DNA of 64,000 nt, from NCBI GenBank assembly GCA_964016885.1, contig OZ024744.1, positions 40,734,001-40,798,000 of the forward strand, written 5' to 3'. Below the pieces are notes generated by a model. It made no database searches. It had not been told where the DNA came from and was given only the letters and a program-made list of their open reading frames with translations. The position numbers and the translations under genes are program-made. Positions 38,765-51,843 of this stretch are shown piece by piece; within the stretch, counting starts at the first letter, position 1; every line of letters starts with the position of its first letter. The DNA is from Eledone cirrhosa (Eukaryota).

Positions 38765-39910
38765 CATTTTATGTCCCAAATGCTAAGTATGGGTGCATAA
38801 AAGATGTAGTGGGATCACAGGTAAGCTAACTAAGAATATAGATTTTATATGTGGCCGGGGCCGGTGCTCAGGTGCAATAAGTAGCAGCAAGTGCCCACAA
38901 AATACTAGCTCATTCCATTGCACAGATGGTTCTATAGAAATAGTGGACAGCTTCCATTACCTGGGTGACAAAATCAGCAGTGGTGGAGGGTGCTCTGAAA
39001 GTACAGTAGCTAGAGTCAGAACTGGATGGAAAAAGTTCAGAGAGCTTATACCACTATTGGCCGCCAAAGGTTTCTCTCTAAAAGTGAAAGGCAGGCTGTA
39101 TGATGCCTGCATACGAACAGCAATGTTACATGGCAGTGAGACCTGGGCATTGTGTGCAGAGGATCTGCGCAGACTGGAGAGAAACGAAGTTTGCATGCTC
39201 CGCTGGGTGTGTAATAGTAATATACGTGAACGGCAAAGCATAAATGAACTAAGGGATAAATTAGGAATAAGAGGGATCAGATGTTGTTTACTCGAGAGAA
39301 GACTACATTGGTATGGTCACGTGATGCGCATGAAACACGACAGCTGTATAAAAAAGTGCAGGGCGATAAAAATAGACGGTAGCCACGGAGTAGGCAGACC
39401 CAGAAAAACCTGGGACGACTTGATAAATTCCGACCTCACACACTTACAACTCTCCAAGACAATGTCACTGGACCGAGATCTTTGGCGCTACACAGTAATA
39501 CAGAAGACCCGCCTTGTCTAAGTGCAAAGCGAAACCTACAGTCAGTAGGCACCTCTTAACAAAAATACACCCCCGTCCCACTACCCCCACCCATCCACAA
39601 CACCCCTTTCGATGTAAAGTTATGTTGGTGCCACAACATCCAGTCCGAAATAAATGAGGCCGTGTAGGTGTCACGACAAAAGAACACACAGTCCATGCTG
39701 TAATGTGGCCGTGTAGGTAACACGGTTAAAACCTCCCAGTCCACATTGTAAATGTGGTTGGTGTTAGGAAGGGCATCCAGCCGTAGAAAACCCGCCAGAC
39801 AGTCCTATACGAGCAAGACAACCAATCTTGCCTCAAGTGGGAAAATTCCCGTCCAAACCCATGCAAGCGTGGAAGATGGACGTTAAACGATGATGATGAT
39901 GATGATGATA
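38765..39910 (+). mobile_element. RTE LINE, 5'-truncated
   Basis: ORF 38793..39521 FHYLGDKI..MLHGSETW..WYGHVMR..GRPRKTW..DRDLWR; 3' UTR and (ATG)n tail. Confidence 0.9.
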
Positions 39911-39920
39911 TATATATATA

Positions 39921-42900
39921 TAGTTAGGGAAGCAGATAATTGCTTATTGTAATCCAGTTCGTAGTTAAGATAGCCAGTTTCTTGGACGGTTTCCAACGTA
40001 CGGTTAGGGGTAACTCCACAGATTTGCCAGAATGTGGTTAGTAAATCACGTTCAATCTTGGAGTATAAAGAATAAAAGAGAAAACACAGGTAAGCATTAA
40101 AAAAAAGATTTTATCCAGGTATTTACGACCGTTTCATTGGTAAGCGCAACCTTATATCGCTATACTGCAAATAGCAGCCACTCGATAATAATTGTTATTC
40201 ACCTCCAAATTTTCAAAATAATGAATAAGTTACTTGTAAAAGATTCTTAATATATAAAAAAACATTTTTTTAAAAATCGTATTTACTATATAAACAGAGA
40301 GGAAGGGGGAGAAGAATTAGGAAGTAGAGGGACAAACGCGGATGGAGGGAGGGTAAAGTGCAAATCGACCCCTTAACCTCCTACTACCACCTGACAAACT
40401 GCATATACTTAGACTATCTACCTTCTTATTGAATCTAACCCCTTTAATTTCCCACAATAACCAATACTTATGTCCCTCTCTCCTCCTTCATTCCTTTTCT
40501 CTTTTTTAGTTTTCTTCTTTTCTTCTCTCCCCTTTTTTTGTTCTCTTTTCTTTTCTTTTTTTCTCTTCCCTCTTTTTTATATATATATATTTATCTCTCT
40601 ATCTCCCCCTCCCCCCACTATAAACGATTTAATTCTCTTTAACTACCTACACTGTAAATTGACGCCATCAAGTTTAAGAATCAAAACTGATTGAGGAACC
40701 CTTCCATCTTTACCCCTCCCTCATCCCCATTTGTCCCTGGATAAAATCCTTCTTTTATTGCTTACCTGTGTTTTCTCTTTTATTCTTTATACTCCAAGAT
40801 TGAACGGGATTTACTAACCACATTCTTGCAAACTTGTGGAGTTACCCCTAACCGTACGTTGGAAACCGTCCACGAACTGGATGACAATAAGCAATTTTCT
40901 GCTTCCCTAACTACAGGCAACCACCCTAACTACGAGCAACCACCTAAACATACAGCACTACTATGGAAAAGCATTACATAGGTATGTCCCTAAAGAACAT
41001 TCCTATACCTTTGAGAAATGATTATACTCTGGGGATGATACAACGAACAAACGACTTTATACGTCGGGTTAGATGGAAAACTTTCCATATCGACAAAGGA
41101 CGTAACGGTAGCACCGTGGACTGTTTCAAATCATGTAAGAACCCACATTCCAACCCTCAACTGGATGCCTTCGAACAGGACTTACTGAAGATGATTATGA
41201 ATATCAAATTCAAAAAGCGGAGGAATAATAAACTCCAGAATGACATGAATACATTCATAAAAAAGCTGCGAACTACCAATGGAATTATTGTCAAAGCGGA
41301 CAAAACATCAAATGTGTATACGATGGATGTTAATACATACAATAGCTTCATATGGAAGGAATTACATAGGAAATACAGAAAAACTAACGAGACGGCACTG
41401 GTAAACATCAACAACGAGGCATACATTATAGTCAAACACCTAGGAATAGACGCCAGAACGGAGCCACTTAGGCCATTTAATCTCAAGGACAATAAGGTAA
41501 ATTTTGATTATAACCCCACAATTAGACTTATATGCCCGTCCTAATCAGACAGTGGGAAAATTACTAAACATATATTAGACAGAGTGATAGCACGAATGAA
41601 GAATAAACTAGTGATTAAATTATGGGGTAACGCTACCGAAACAATTAAATGGTTTAACAGTATAGATAACAAAAAAGTATCTAAGTTTATACAATTTGAC
41701 ATTAACGACTACTACTCCTCTATATCACCCAATACCTTGGATAAAGCCTTAGCATTCGCCAAAGCCAATTCTGACCTGACAGACGACGAGATAAAAATTA
41801 TTAGCTGCTAGGAAAACAATAATTAAATTTGAAAACGCCTATTGGGAACGTAAGGATAGATTAGATAACTTTGACATCACGATGGGGGCTAATGACTCAG
41901 CTCAGGTCACGGATTTAGTAGGTATTTACATAGCCCATAGTTTACATAGAGAATTTAGCGACCTTCACGGTGGAATCTATAGAGATGACACCCTTCTTCT
42001 AGTTAAGAACCTAAATAACCAGAGCATAGAAAAACTGCGCAAGAATATTAGAAAGACTCTTGGGAAACTAAGCCTTAGCATAATGTATGAATATAGCACT
42101 AAAATAGTTAACTTTCTAGACGTGACGCTTAACCTAAATACGGGACTTATAAGACCTTATCACAAGATTAATGAAAACTTAGCATACATCAACTGTAATT
42201 CGAACCACCCAATCTCCATAATTAAGTCCGTTCCACGCAGCATATCCCTTAGGATCTCCCGCCTCTCGTCTAACCGACAAATCTTTGAGGAACACGCGGA
42301 TTACTACGATATAGCACTAGATAAGGCATGCCACCAAGATAGAGTAGAATATATAGATGAAAGCCTCCGCAAAGCACACACGAATAGGCATAACACAAAC
42401 TCCAGAAACACACGCACATACGCATAGAACTACCAATTATACTGAAAATAGAAATACAACATCAAAATCAAATAGGTCACGCAGTAGAAAATATATTTGG
42501 TATAACCCCATATTTAACACCTCTATTGGTACCAACCTACCCTCTACCTTCTTTAGAATAATAAATAAACACTTTCCAGATTTACATAGATACAGCAAAA
42601 TCCTTAACACTAAATCTATCAGACTATCTTACTCCACTGCACCAAACATAGAGGCACACATTAAGATGCTTAACGCTAAAAAGATACATAACAACACCAG
42701 AACACAAATTTATAACAATAACAATACAATTACCATCGAACACAACCGAATATCTAATACACAACCACCCACTAGAAGGCAAACAAGACGTAACACACTT
42801 GTACAGGCACCGCAGCCCACTAATAATGCCAAGGTTGCCCATGACAAGAATTGTAACTGCCACCTACCTGAAACCTGTCCATTACAAAATGAATGTATGC

Positions 42901-43910
42901 AGTCTAACCTGGTTTACCAATGCACAGTGGAATCAAACAACCAGAAATGGTATTACATCGGAGCGACTGGGAATACATTTAAAACTTGTTGGTATACACA
43001 TCATTACGCAATGAAACATTACCAGCATCATTATGTAACTACCCTTGCGAACAAGACCTGGCAACTGAGGGAAAGTAACCATCAATACACCCTGAAGTGG
43101 AATAAACTATCAAACGCGTCTGCATATCGAAGCTGTCGGTTATGTGACCTTGAACTGTTTCACATTTTGAGTTCGAAGAATAAGTTACTCAACAATAAAA
43201 TCGAAGGATCTATTTAGTGCAACCATAGACTTAAAGAAAAATGTTCGCACAAGTGCAAATCGAACCCTTAACCTCCTACTACCACCTGACAAACTGCATA
43301 TACTTAGCCTATCTACCCTCTTATTGAATCTAACCCCTTTAATTTCCCACAATAACCAATACTTATGTCGCTCTCTCCTCCTTCATTCCTTTTCTTTTTT
43401 AGTTTTCTTCTTTTCTTCTCTCCCTTTTTTTTGTTCTCTTTTCTTTTCTTTTTTCTCTTCCCCCTTTTATATATATATATTTATCTCTCTATCTCACCCC
43501 CCCCCCCCCCTCTCTCTCACCCTCCCACTATAAACAATTTAATTCTCTTTAACTCCATATGCTGTAAATTGACGACATCAAGTCTACGAATCAAAACTGA
43601 TCGAGGAATCCTTCCATCTTTACCCCTCCCTCCATCCCCGCTTGTCCCTCTACTTCCCAATCCTTCTCCCCCTTCCTCTCTCTCTATACTAGTAAATACG
43701 ATTAAAAAAAAATGCTTTTTTTATATATTAAGAACCTTTTACAAGTAACTTATTCATTATTTTTTAAATTTGGAGGTGAATAACAATTATTATCGAGTAG
43801 CTGCTATTTGTAGTATAGCAATATAAGGTTGCATTTACCAATGAAACGGTCATAAATACCTGGATAAAATCCTTTTTTTAATGCTTAGCTGTGTTTTCTC
43901 TTTTATTCTA
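39921..43910 (+). mobile_element. Penelope-like element (Neptune-type), near full length, with inverted and direct pseudo-LTRs
   Basis: KADKT, QFDINDYYSSI, MGANDSAQVTDLVG, YRDD, FLDV; CNC..CPL..C linker; GIY-YIG (VYQC..YYIGATG..H); pLTRs 39921-40357 (inverted), 40356-40913 and 43251-43910. Confidence 0.92.
40963..43217 (+). pseudogene. Penelope RT/GIY-YIG polyprotein, disrupted
   Basis: ORFs 40963..41544, 41584..41811, 41882..42427 and 42357..43217 separated by stops or frameshifts. Confidence 0.9.
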
Positions 43911-43939
43911 TATAGATATATATATGTAGAGAGAGAGAG

Positions 43940-44272
43940 GGGTAGAGCTTGGACGTTCTGAGGGAGAAGCTGGGTTTAAGAGGATCTAAGGTGGTATGTA
44001 GGAGAGAAGACTGCGATGGCATGGATACGTGATGTGCATGGACAATGGCTGCTGGGTGAAGAAAGGACTGAAAATCCCAATGAAACGAAACTGCAGTAGA
44101 GGAAGACAAAGAAAGGCAGAGGTTGTGAGAGCTGATATCAAATTGCTAAGACTGGCAGGGAAGATAACAAAGGAACGCAATAATTCGAGAGATGCCATGT
44201 TGAGAAGGACCCATCCAACCCATACAAGCATGGAAAAACGGACGTAAAAATGATGATGGTGATCATGATGAT
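43940..44272 (+). mobile_element. RTE LINE 3' fragment (different subfamily)
   Basis: RRRRLRWHGYVM..SRGRQRK, then GGAAAAACGGACGTAAAAATGATGATG tail. Confidence 0.7.
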
Positions 44273-45024
44273 ACTATGAGCTTCTATAGTTTCTGTCTGT
44301 CAGATTTCCCTCACAAAGTATTGGTTAGATTAAAACAGACACAAGGTGCCATGTAGTGAGACTGAAACTGAAACTAAATGATTGTGAAGTGAACACCTTA
44401 ACTACAGAGCCATGCCTTTGCCGATGCTCCTAATTCAATATGTCTCTTCTATATCCTTCTGGTTCTATATCCTGACCCAAAAGAGGACATCTACTATGCA
44501 AGCCTGATAAACCTCAGAACCGATTTCTTCGGGACATGCAGACACCTCAGGGCCGGGACCTTCCTCAAGATATATGGACAGTAGCAACACACTGAGATGT
44601 GAACTCCCCTCAAGCTATAGGGACTTCTCCAGAACATGTAGACACCTCTCGGCCGGACCTTCCTCAAGCTATATTGGCAGTAACAGCACCATAGGTTGGG
44701 AACTCCCCTCAAGCCATAGGGACCCACCCAGGCTGAGCAGACACCATGATAGCCTAGAGATTGATTCTGACACAGCCTTTCTAATTTGGCCAACATCTTT
44801 ATAACACACACATTTTATTTTCCTTTTTTTTTCATTTGGTTTCTGTTTTCTTCACTTTATTGCCTTCTATTTAAGTTGAGATTGGTTATAACACACACAC
44901 ATTTTATTTGATTATCTTATTTCGTTTTATTCTTCTACCATCTTGTTCCCCCTACCACTTTATCCAACATCTTTCTGACTTTGAGATTGGTTATAGCACA
45001 CACACATTTTATTTTATTTAAATC

Positions 45025-45140
45025 TTCATTTTTATTTTTCATTTTTCATTTTTCATTTTTCATTTTTCATTTTTCATTTTTCATTTTTCATTTTTCATTT
45101 TTCATTTTTCATTTTTCATTTTTCATTTTTCATTTTTCAT
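45025..45140. repeat. (CATTTTT)n tandem repeat
   Basis: Heptamer array. Confidence 0.95.
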
Positions 45141-45619
45141 TAATTTTTCAATTATTTTCTATTTATTATTTATTTTCTGTTTTCTTCATTTTATTGCCTT
45201 CTATTTCTTCATATACAGGTCAGACTCCCACCACCACCACCACGAGAGATGGTGGCAGGATGGATGAAGAAACACACACAGATACTTCTAAATGTCAGCA
45301 GCAGCAAGACATAGGCTGACTACAACACCAACACCACTACCAAAATAAGGGTAGAGGTCAAATGTACTTAACAATAGCAAAAACAAACACTACATGGAGC
45401 CTCACTCCAGAAAGAATTTCTATAGACTTTTGACTGAGGTATGTTCTCACAACTGACCAATGAGAGGGGAAGATGTCCTTTGACGCTGAAATTCGTTTGT
45501 TTAAATTCATGATTCCAGTTCCTCAGTGAAATAACAACCCAACCAGGAACTGGGCATATCAGAGTATTAAGTTAAACATCTCAACAACATGTGTACTCGT
45601 CTCTACCACACTAATTCGG

Positions 45620-45674
45620 ACTGCCTGAAGAGGTCACAGCCAAAGATGGCTGTCACCGAAATATATATAGCAGT
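45620..45674 (+). ncRNA. Type I hammerhead ribozyme
   Basis: ACTGC-CTGAAGA-GGTcACAGCCA aaga TGGCTGTcACC-GAAA-TATATA-TA-GCAGT. Confidence 0.85.
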
Positions 45675-46062
45675 AATATACGAAGCCAAATTTTAAACAT
45701 GTGACTTATTTATTTTATTTTATTTTATTTTATATATATATATATATATATTGTTATACTTGGGGAGGGTCATATTTGTGTAATATTGCCAGAATTAATA
45801 ACAGAACACACTCACTGTTTGGTTGGTTTTCGCTTTATATGCAGAAGTTATATTTAATTTGTTGGGATTCCAACAAACTTAAAATTGTATAACTGACATA
45901 GAGCACTCAACATGTTACTGGAGTAAATATTCAATATATTAATAAGTGGAAACTATATTTATAAAACCATAATTATTTTATTATATATATTTCTATCCAG
46001 CGAATTTTCAACTGTCAAGGTTGTTTTCCACGGTTATGTCACTATTTATAAAACAAATTTTG

Positions 46063-46124
46063 TATTTTATCTGATGAAAGCACACCAAGATTGCCTTGGT
46101 TACCCTTGAAATATATATAAAATA
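46063..46124 (+). ncRNA. Type I hammerhead ribozyme (3-nt deletion near cleavage site)
   Basis: TATTTTAT-CTGATGA-AAG..ACCAAG attgc CTTGGT..CTT-GAAA-TATAT-ATAAAATA; same family as 20224-20288. Confidence 0.6.
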
Positions 46125-46162
46125 ATTATGGTTCTATAAATATAGTTTACATTTATTAATAT

Positions 46163-46200
<38 letters not shown>

Positions 46201-46247
46201 TATAGATATAGAAAAATATTGTATATGCTTTCATATATGCCTCTATT

Positions 46248-46465
46248 ATGGATTAGCAGCATTGGTAGAGTGTTGGAAAACATGCTTTGTGGCATAAAGT
46301 TACAGCTCTTTACACTCTGAGTTCAAATCCCACCAATGTTAGCTTTGTCTTTCATTCTTATGGGGTCGATAAAATAAAATACAACTAAAGCACTGGGGTT
46401 GATTTAATTGACTTTTCCCTCACCCTAAAATTGTTGGCCTTGTGCCTAAAGTAGAAACAATTATA
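46248..46465 (+). mobile_element. SINE family B
   Basis: CTGAGTTCAAATCCC..GGGGTCGATAAAATAAA..GGCCTTGTGCCTAAAGTAGAAACAATT. Confidence 0.75.
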
Positions 46466-46719
46466 TATGTGGAGAGGGGGTTGTCTATGTTTGTATTTGA
46501 AACCTTGTTCATGTCCTATAACTTAGTGGTTTGACAAAAGTAAGATTGATAAGTACTAGACTTGAAAATAGAAGTTCTGGCATGGACATGATTGTCTAAC
46601 TCAAAGTGGTGCTACAGTATGACTGTAGCACCAATAAAAGAATAAAAAATAATACATAAAGTAGAATGTGCAGACAACAAGAATGTTATTAACCACAAAG
46701 TTATTAACTATCTTGCCAA

Positions 46720-47087
46720 CAACAACCCTGAGTACCTTTTTGATCTCCATGTGTCTAACACACGTGGACATGCCTACAAAATCAGAAAACAGCACAGCTC
46801 CCATGACTTTCGGAAACATTTTTTCACGCTTAGATTTGCTGAAGCATGGAACAAACTGCCTGGGTCAGTTGTTAGCTGCCGAGACACTGCATCCTTTAAA
46901 ACCCTCATGCTTCCCGAAATTCGCCAAAACTATGTCCCCCTTCCATACACATGCACACATATGTATATCATGACTCATGTACTGTTCATTTTCCTGACGT
47001 TTTTACATCATCCATACTATACATACACTTTTGATGAGTTGTAGTGCACCTGAGCACTGTACACAATATTTTCATTATTATTATTAT
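46720..47087 (+). mobile_element. CR1-like LINE 3' end
   Basis: ORF 46751..47044 TRGHAYKI..RKHFFTLR..AWNKLPGSVV (CR1 C-terminal signature); (TTA)n tail. Confidence 0.85.
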
Positions 47088-47095
47088 AATCTTCT

Positions 47096-47326
47096 GAAAA
47101 TTTGCTGAATAATCGGCAATATGAAACTCAGAGTTATGCTTTTAGAAGATTATAATAATAATTGTTTCTACTTTAGGCACAAGGCCAGCAATTACCCAGT
47201 GCATTAAAGTACCAGTAATGCACTGGGTAATTGCTGGCCTTGTGCCTAAAGTAGAAACAATTATTATTATATTCTTCTAAAAGCATAACTCTGAGTTTCA
47301 TATTGCCGATTATTCAGCAAATTTTC
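47096..47326. repeat. Palindrome with 111-bp arms containing SINE B 3' end
   Basis: 47096-47206 vs 47216-47326; loop AAGTACCAG. Confidence 0.9.
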
Positions 47327-48557
47327 TCATTTGAATAAAATTGAATGACAGCATGAAAATATAATCCCCCAAGTCATAATGATGCAACACATATGGCTTG
47401 CCACTCTTTCTCTCTCTCCCTTATCTCCCCCTTTTTATAAACCTTCCTTCTTATCTCTAATTTTCTACCTCCAAGCCGCCTTTTCTTTCTATCTTTCTGC
47501 TTCATTTCATTTATTTATAAATAAGTTTTTCTGGCCTCTCTATAGTAGGTCTTCTATAGGATTGATGCCTAGTGGTTCAGGTAGAATATTTGAGAGAAAA
47601 AAATCTCCTTACCAAGTCTCTCTCTTTCTCTCTACCTCCTTCCTCTTTCACTTCACGTATTTATAATTCCTCTTCTCTAGCAGCCACTACAGAGAACTGA
47701 GCTATGTATTTCTTGAATTTCGACCAAACATGTTAACTACTATGCTAAATATTGCCAATTTACTTCTATGGGAATTTTACCCAATTTTCTAACATTATTT
47801 TCATTGTAGGGATTCTGTGTCTGAACGTTTTCATATATCTACAAAAGGCAAACAGAAATAACAAAACAGATGACACAGTACAATGAAGAAATATATTATT
47901 AGGTTTACATTTCATATAGTAGGTAAAGAATCTTAATGTTTCAGACACTAGTCCTTTAACAGAAAATAGAATGAGAAATTAAAGAAGAAATAGAAAGATA
48001 GAGGAGAGTGGTTATTGAAAGAAACCAAAACAATTTTTTTATAGAAAAAAAACAGGTCTATTCAAGTCACCACCTCTTAGAAAACTTGATTCTGTTGTTG
48101 TTGTATGAGACATGTTCATCATCATTTGTAATAGTTTGATGGGCTACCAAGTTTTGAGGCTTGACATGTCAGGTGACCATACCTTGCTTGTATGATTCAT
48201 TTTTTGACTTAGTTTTCTATGGTTGGATCTCTTTCCTAATGTCAACCACATTACAGCTTTTTAGTAGAACCACCACCAACTTACAGGATGTTTTTTGTGT
48301 TGCACGATCATCTTGCAGGGTGGACTGGGTGCTTTTTTTGTCATAATGCCAATACAACCACCTTACATGATGTCTTGTTCAAATGTTCCATTTTGTTTTG
48401 ACATGCTCACCACAGCTGACTGCCCTTCCTAACCCCATCCAAACAATAATAGGTGCAGTTATGCAGGCATGCCTGCTACCATCACAACGGGATAGTTATA
48501 CATGGCCAGCAGCATATCCCAATGATTGCATAACTACACCTATGATTGCATAAGCTT

Positions 48558-48600
48558 CTGATGAAGTCACATGCACAACCATGTAACAGAAATACATATC
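48558..48600 (+). ncRNA. Degenerate hammerhead core
   Basis: CTGATGA-aGTcACATG cacaac CATGTaACa-GAAA-TACATA-TC; stem I not recoverable. Confidence 0.4.
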
Positions 48601-48811
48601 ATGAAATAAACAATTATGGTGAAATAATCTCATCTTACCACTCTTATTTGATAAATGAATACTCCGTCACTCCTAATCACCAACTCTTACCTGGGATGAA
48701 CTACTGACGTGCTTTGGGATTGCTAGGTCCGGCTTAACCCCAAGAAGTTACAACATAGCAATTGCATATAACCAACTTATCTTCTGCAACTATATATATA
48801 TATATATATAT

Positions 48812-50845
48812 ATCATCATCACCTTTTAATGTCAATTATTCCCTGCTGGCATGGGTTAGATGAGTTAACCTGTTGTAAGCAATGTTATGTCAGGTGACCA
48901 TGTCATGCTCATACAGAACCGATTATGGTTTAATTTCTACAGCTGGGTGCCCTTCTTAATTCCAATCTCATTTATAGTGAGAACTGGGTGCTTTTTGTCG
49001 ATACGTCTACATCACCACTTTACAGTGTGGGTTGGGCACATTTTGTCATGTCACCACCACGAACACTTTAGAGTGTGGGCTGCCGACTTCACTGGATGTA
49101 TGTGTGGGAGTGAGTAGGGTGGTGCATATACATATGCTTCATCTTCAACCTGTGCCTGTGGGAAGGTGGGTCTTCTGTATTATTGCGTAACACCAGAGAT
49201 TCGGGTCCTGTGTCATCACCTGGTGCAATTGAGCAAGGTCATCTTTTATCACCTCATCCCAAGTCTTCCTGGATCTCCCCACTCTATGACTTCCATCGAC
49301 TATGAGCGCTCTGCAACTTTTCATAGTTATTATCCTTCAAACGCATCACATGTCCATACCAATGCAATCTCCTCTCCTGCACACAATATTTGATTCCTCT
49401 TATGCTCAGTCTCTCTCAATTCATTTATGCTTTGCCATTCACGTATATTACTGTTACACATCCATTGGAGCATGCAAGCTTCATTTCTTTCCAATCCATG
49501 CAAGTCTTCTACACACAGTGAACAGGACTCGCTACCATGCAGCATTGTTGTTTGTATACATGCATCATACAGTCTGCCTTTTATTTTTAGGGAAAAGCCT
49601 TTTGTAGTTAGCAGTGGTAGTAGCTCCCTGAACTTCTTCCATCCTGTTCTTACTCTTGGCTACTATACTTTCAGAACACCCACCTCTGCTGCTAATTTGG
49701 TCACTCAGGTAGCAGAAGCTGTCTCTGTTTCTACTGAGCCTTCCCAGAATTTGATAGCACTTGTTTCCTGAGTTTGCTTGCTGCCTGTCCTGGTGCAACT
49801 GCTACATGTAAAGCCAATGTCTTTAGCTAAACTTCCTAAGATCCCACTACATCTCTTGTGTTCCCATAGTTTTTATTTGAGGCAGTGAATGGAATTTATA
49901 CCTACATCTTTCCTACATACTGAGCAAGGCCATCTCTCTGAGGAGATCGGTGTTCTGTTTTCTCTTCTACTTAATAGGACCTTAATCTTTGTCAGGTTGA
50001 CTTTAAGACCCCTTTTGCTAGGCCCTACTTCCATGTTTGGAATATCTTCTCTAGTTCCACCATTGATTCTTCTATGAATGTGAAATCATCCACATACAGG
50101 AGTTCCCACAGGCAGTAGGTCTTAAACATCTCTGTTATAGCCTGTAGTATGATAATAAACAGGAGAGGGCCAAGAACAGGGCCCTGGTAGACACCAACTT
50201 GTACACTAAATTCCTTGTTATAGTCATTGTTAATGCTAACTTTGCTGACTGCTCCCCCTATACATGGCTTTTACAGCCTTCACAAGACACTCATCTACTC
50301 CTAATTTTCTAAGAGCCCACCAGACAGTGGCACAGGATACTCTGTCAAAATCTTTTTCCAGATTGAGAAATGCAAGGTAGAATGGCTTGCTTTTAGCTAG
50401 GTACTTTTCCTGTAACTGCCTCACCAGGAAGAGAGCATTTGTGGTGTTTTTGCCAGGTACAAATCTAATTTCATCTCATTTAGATTTACCCAGTCCCTAA
50501 TCAGCTGCCTTCTTTCTGTTACTTTCATGACATGGTCTATCAACTTGATACCTCTATAGTTTCCTCTATCTAGTGAATCTCCTTTAACCTTGTAGCAGTT
50601 GACAACGATGCTGCTGTGCCAATCATTTGGTATGATGCCATCTAGTATTACTTGGTTTATAATACATGTGATTATGGAGTGACCTACCGACCCAGATGCT
50701 TTCAGTATCTCGGCAACTACTCCCAATGGACCAGCTACTTTCCCGGTCTTCATATCCTTAATTGCCTTACTTACTACACTGCTACTGACTTGTACAGCTG
50801 GGCCCTCAATGAGGTCCACTTGCGGTACACCTTTACATCCCAGAC
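48812..50845 (-). mobile_element. RTE LINE, 5'-truncated, degraded
   Basis: NYRGIKLIDHVMKV, RQLQEKYLAK..LEKDFDRV, VGVYQG, PHD-like segment, MLHGSE; (ATG)n tail at 48812. Confidence 0.85.
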
Positions 50846-50989
50846 ACATATATGTATAAATATATATATATACATAAATGTATGTATGTATATATACATA
50901 TATAAACACACACACACACTATCCCAAGTATCAAGTACTCTTATTAGTTTAAACTGGTAAAATCCTGACCCATATAAACAGGCTGAGAC

Positions 50990-51590
50990 TGAAGCATACA
51001 AATAGTATACACTATCCCACTCCACCCACTCCCATAGATCTCCCATGAGGACAAGCTGAATCATACATCCAGTGAAGCCTCCAGCCCACACTGTAAAGTG
51101 GTCATGTAGGTGTCACATCAGAAAGCACCCAGTACTCACTGTAAAGTGATCATGTAGGTGTCACAGCAGAAAGCACCCAGCCCACACTGTAAAGTGGTCA
51201 TGTAGGTGTCACATCAGAAAGTACCCAGTACTCACTGTAAAGTGATCTTGTAGGTGTCACAACAAAAAGCACCCAGTACTCACTGTAAAGTGATCATGTA
51301 GGTGTCACAGCAGAAAGCACCCAGCCCACACTGTAAAGTAGTCATGTAGATGTCACAAAAAAAGCACCCAGTATTCACTGTAAAGTGATCATGTAGGCTT
51401 CACAACAAAAAGCACCCAGCACTCACTGTAAATGAGTGCCAGGAAGGACATCCAGCTGCAGAAACCAAGTCAAATTCGATTCTGTACGAGCAAGACATGG
51501 TCACCTGACCTGGCATTGCTCACAGCAGGATAACGCATGTAACCCATGTCAGGGTGGAAAAATGGGCATTAAACAAGGATGATGATGATA
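50990..51590 (+). mobile_element. RTE 3' UTR with expanded 48-bp tandem array
   Basis: About 7.3 units of CAGtactCACTGTAAAGTGaTCATGTAGGTGTCACAnCAgAAAGCACC at 51082-51432, then RTE tail. Confidence 0.85.
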
Positions 51591-51769
51591 TATATATTAT
51601 CATCATCACTGTTATATATATATATACTAGCAGAATGGCCTGGTGCTGCTCGAGATTTGCTCTAGGGTTCTTATATATTTGATATATATTTCTCCTCATC
51701 GAGCCTCATGAAATAAATACCTTTGTTTATATTTTGTTGTGTATGCAAAAATATCTGTACACGAATATA

Positions 51770-51840
<71 letters not shown>

Positions 51841-51843
<3 letters not shown>

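Noticed and set aside
51082-51432. CRISPR-like array
   Set aside because: Contiguous tandem units without unique spacers; part of an RTE 3' UTR in eukaryotic DNA
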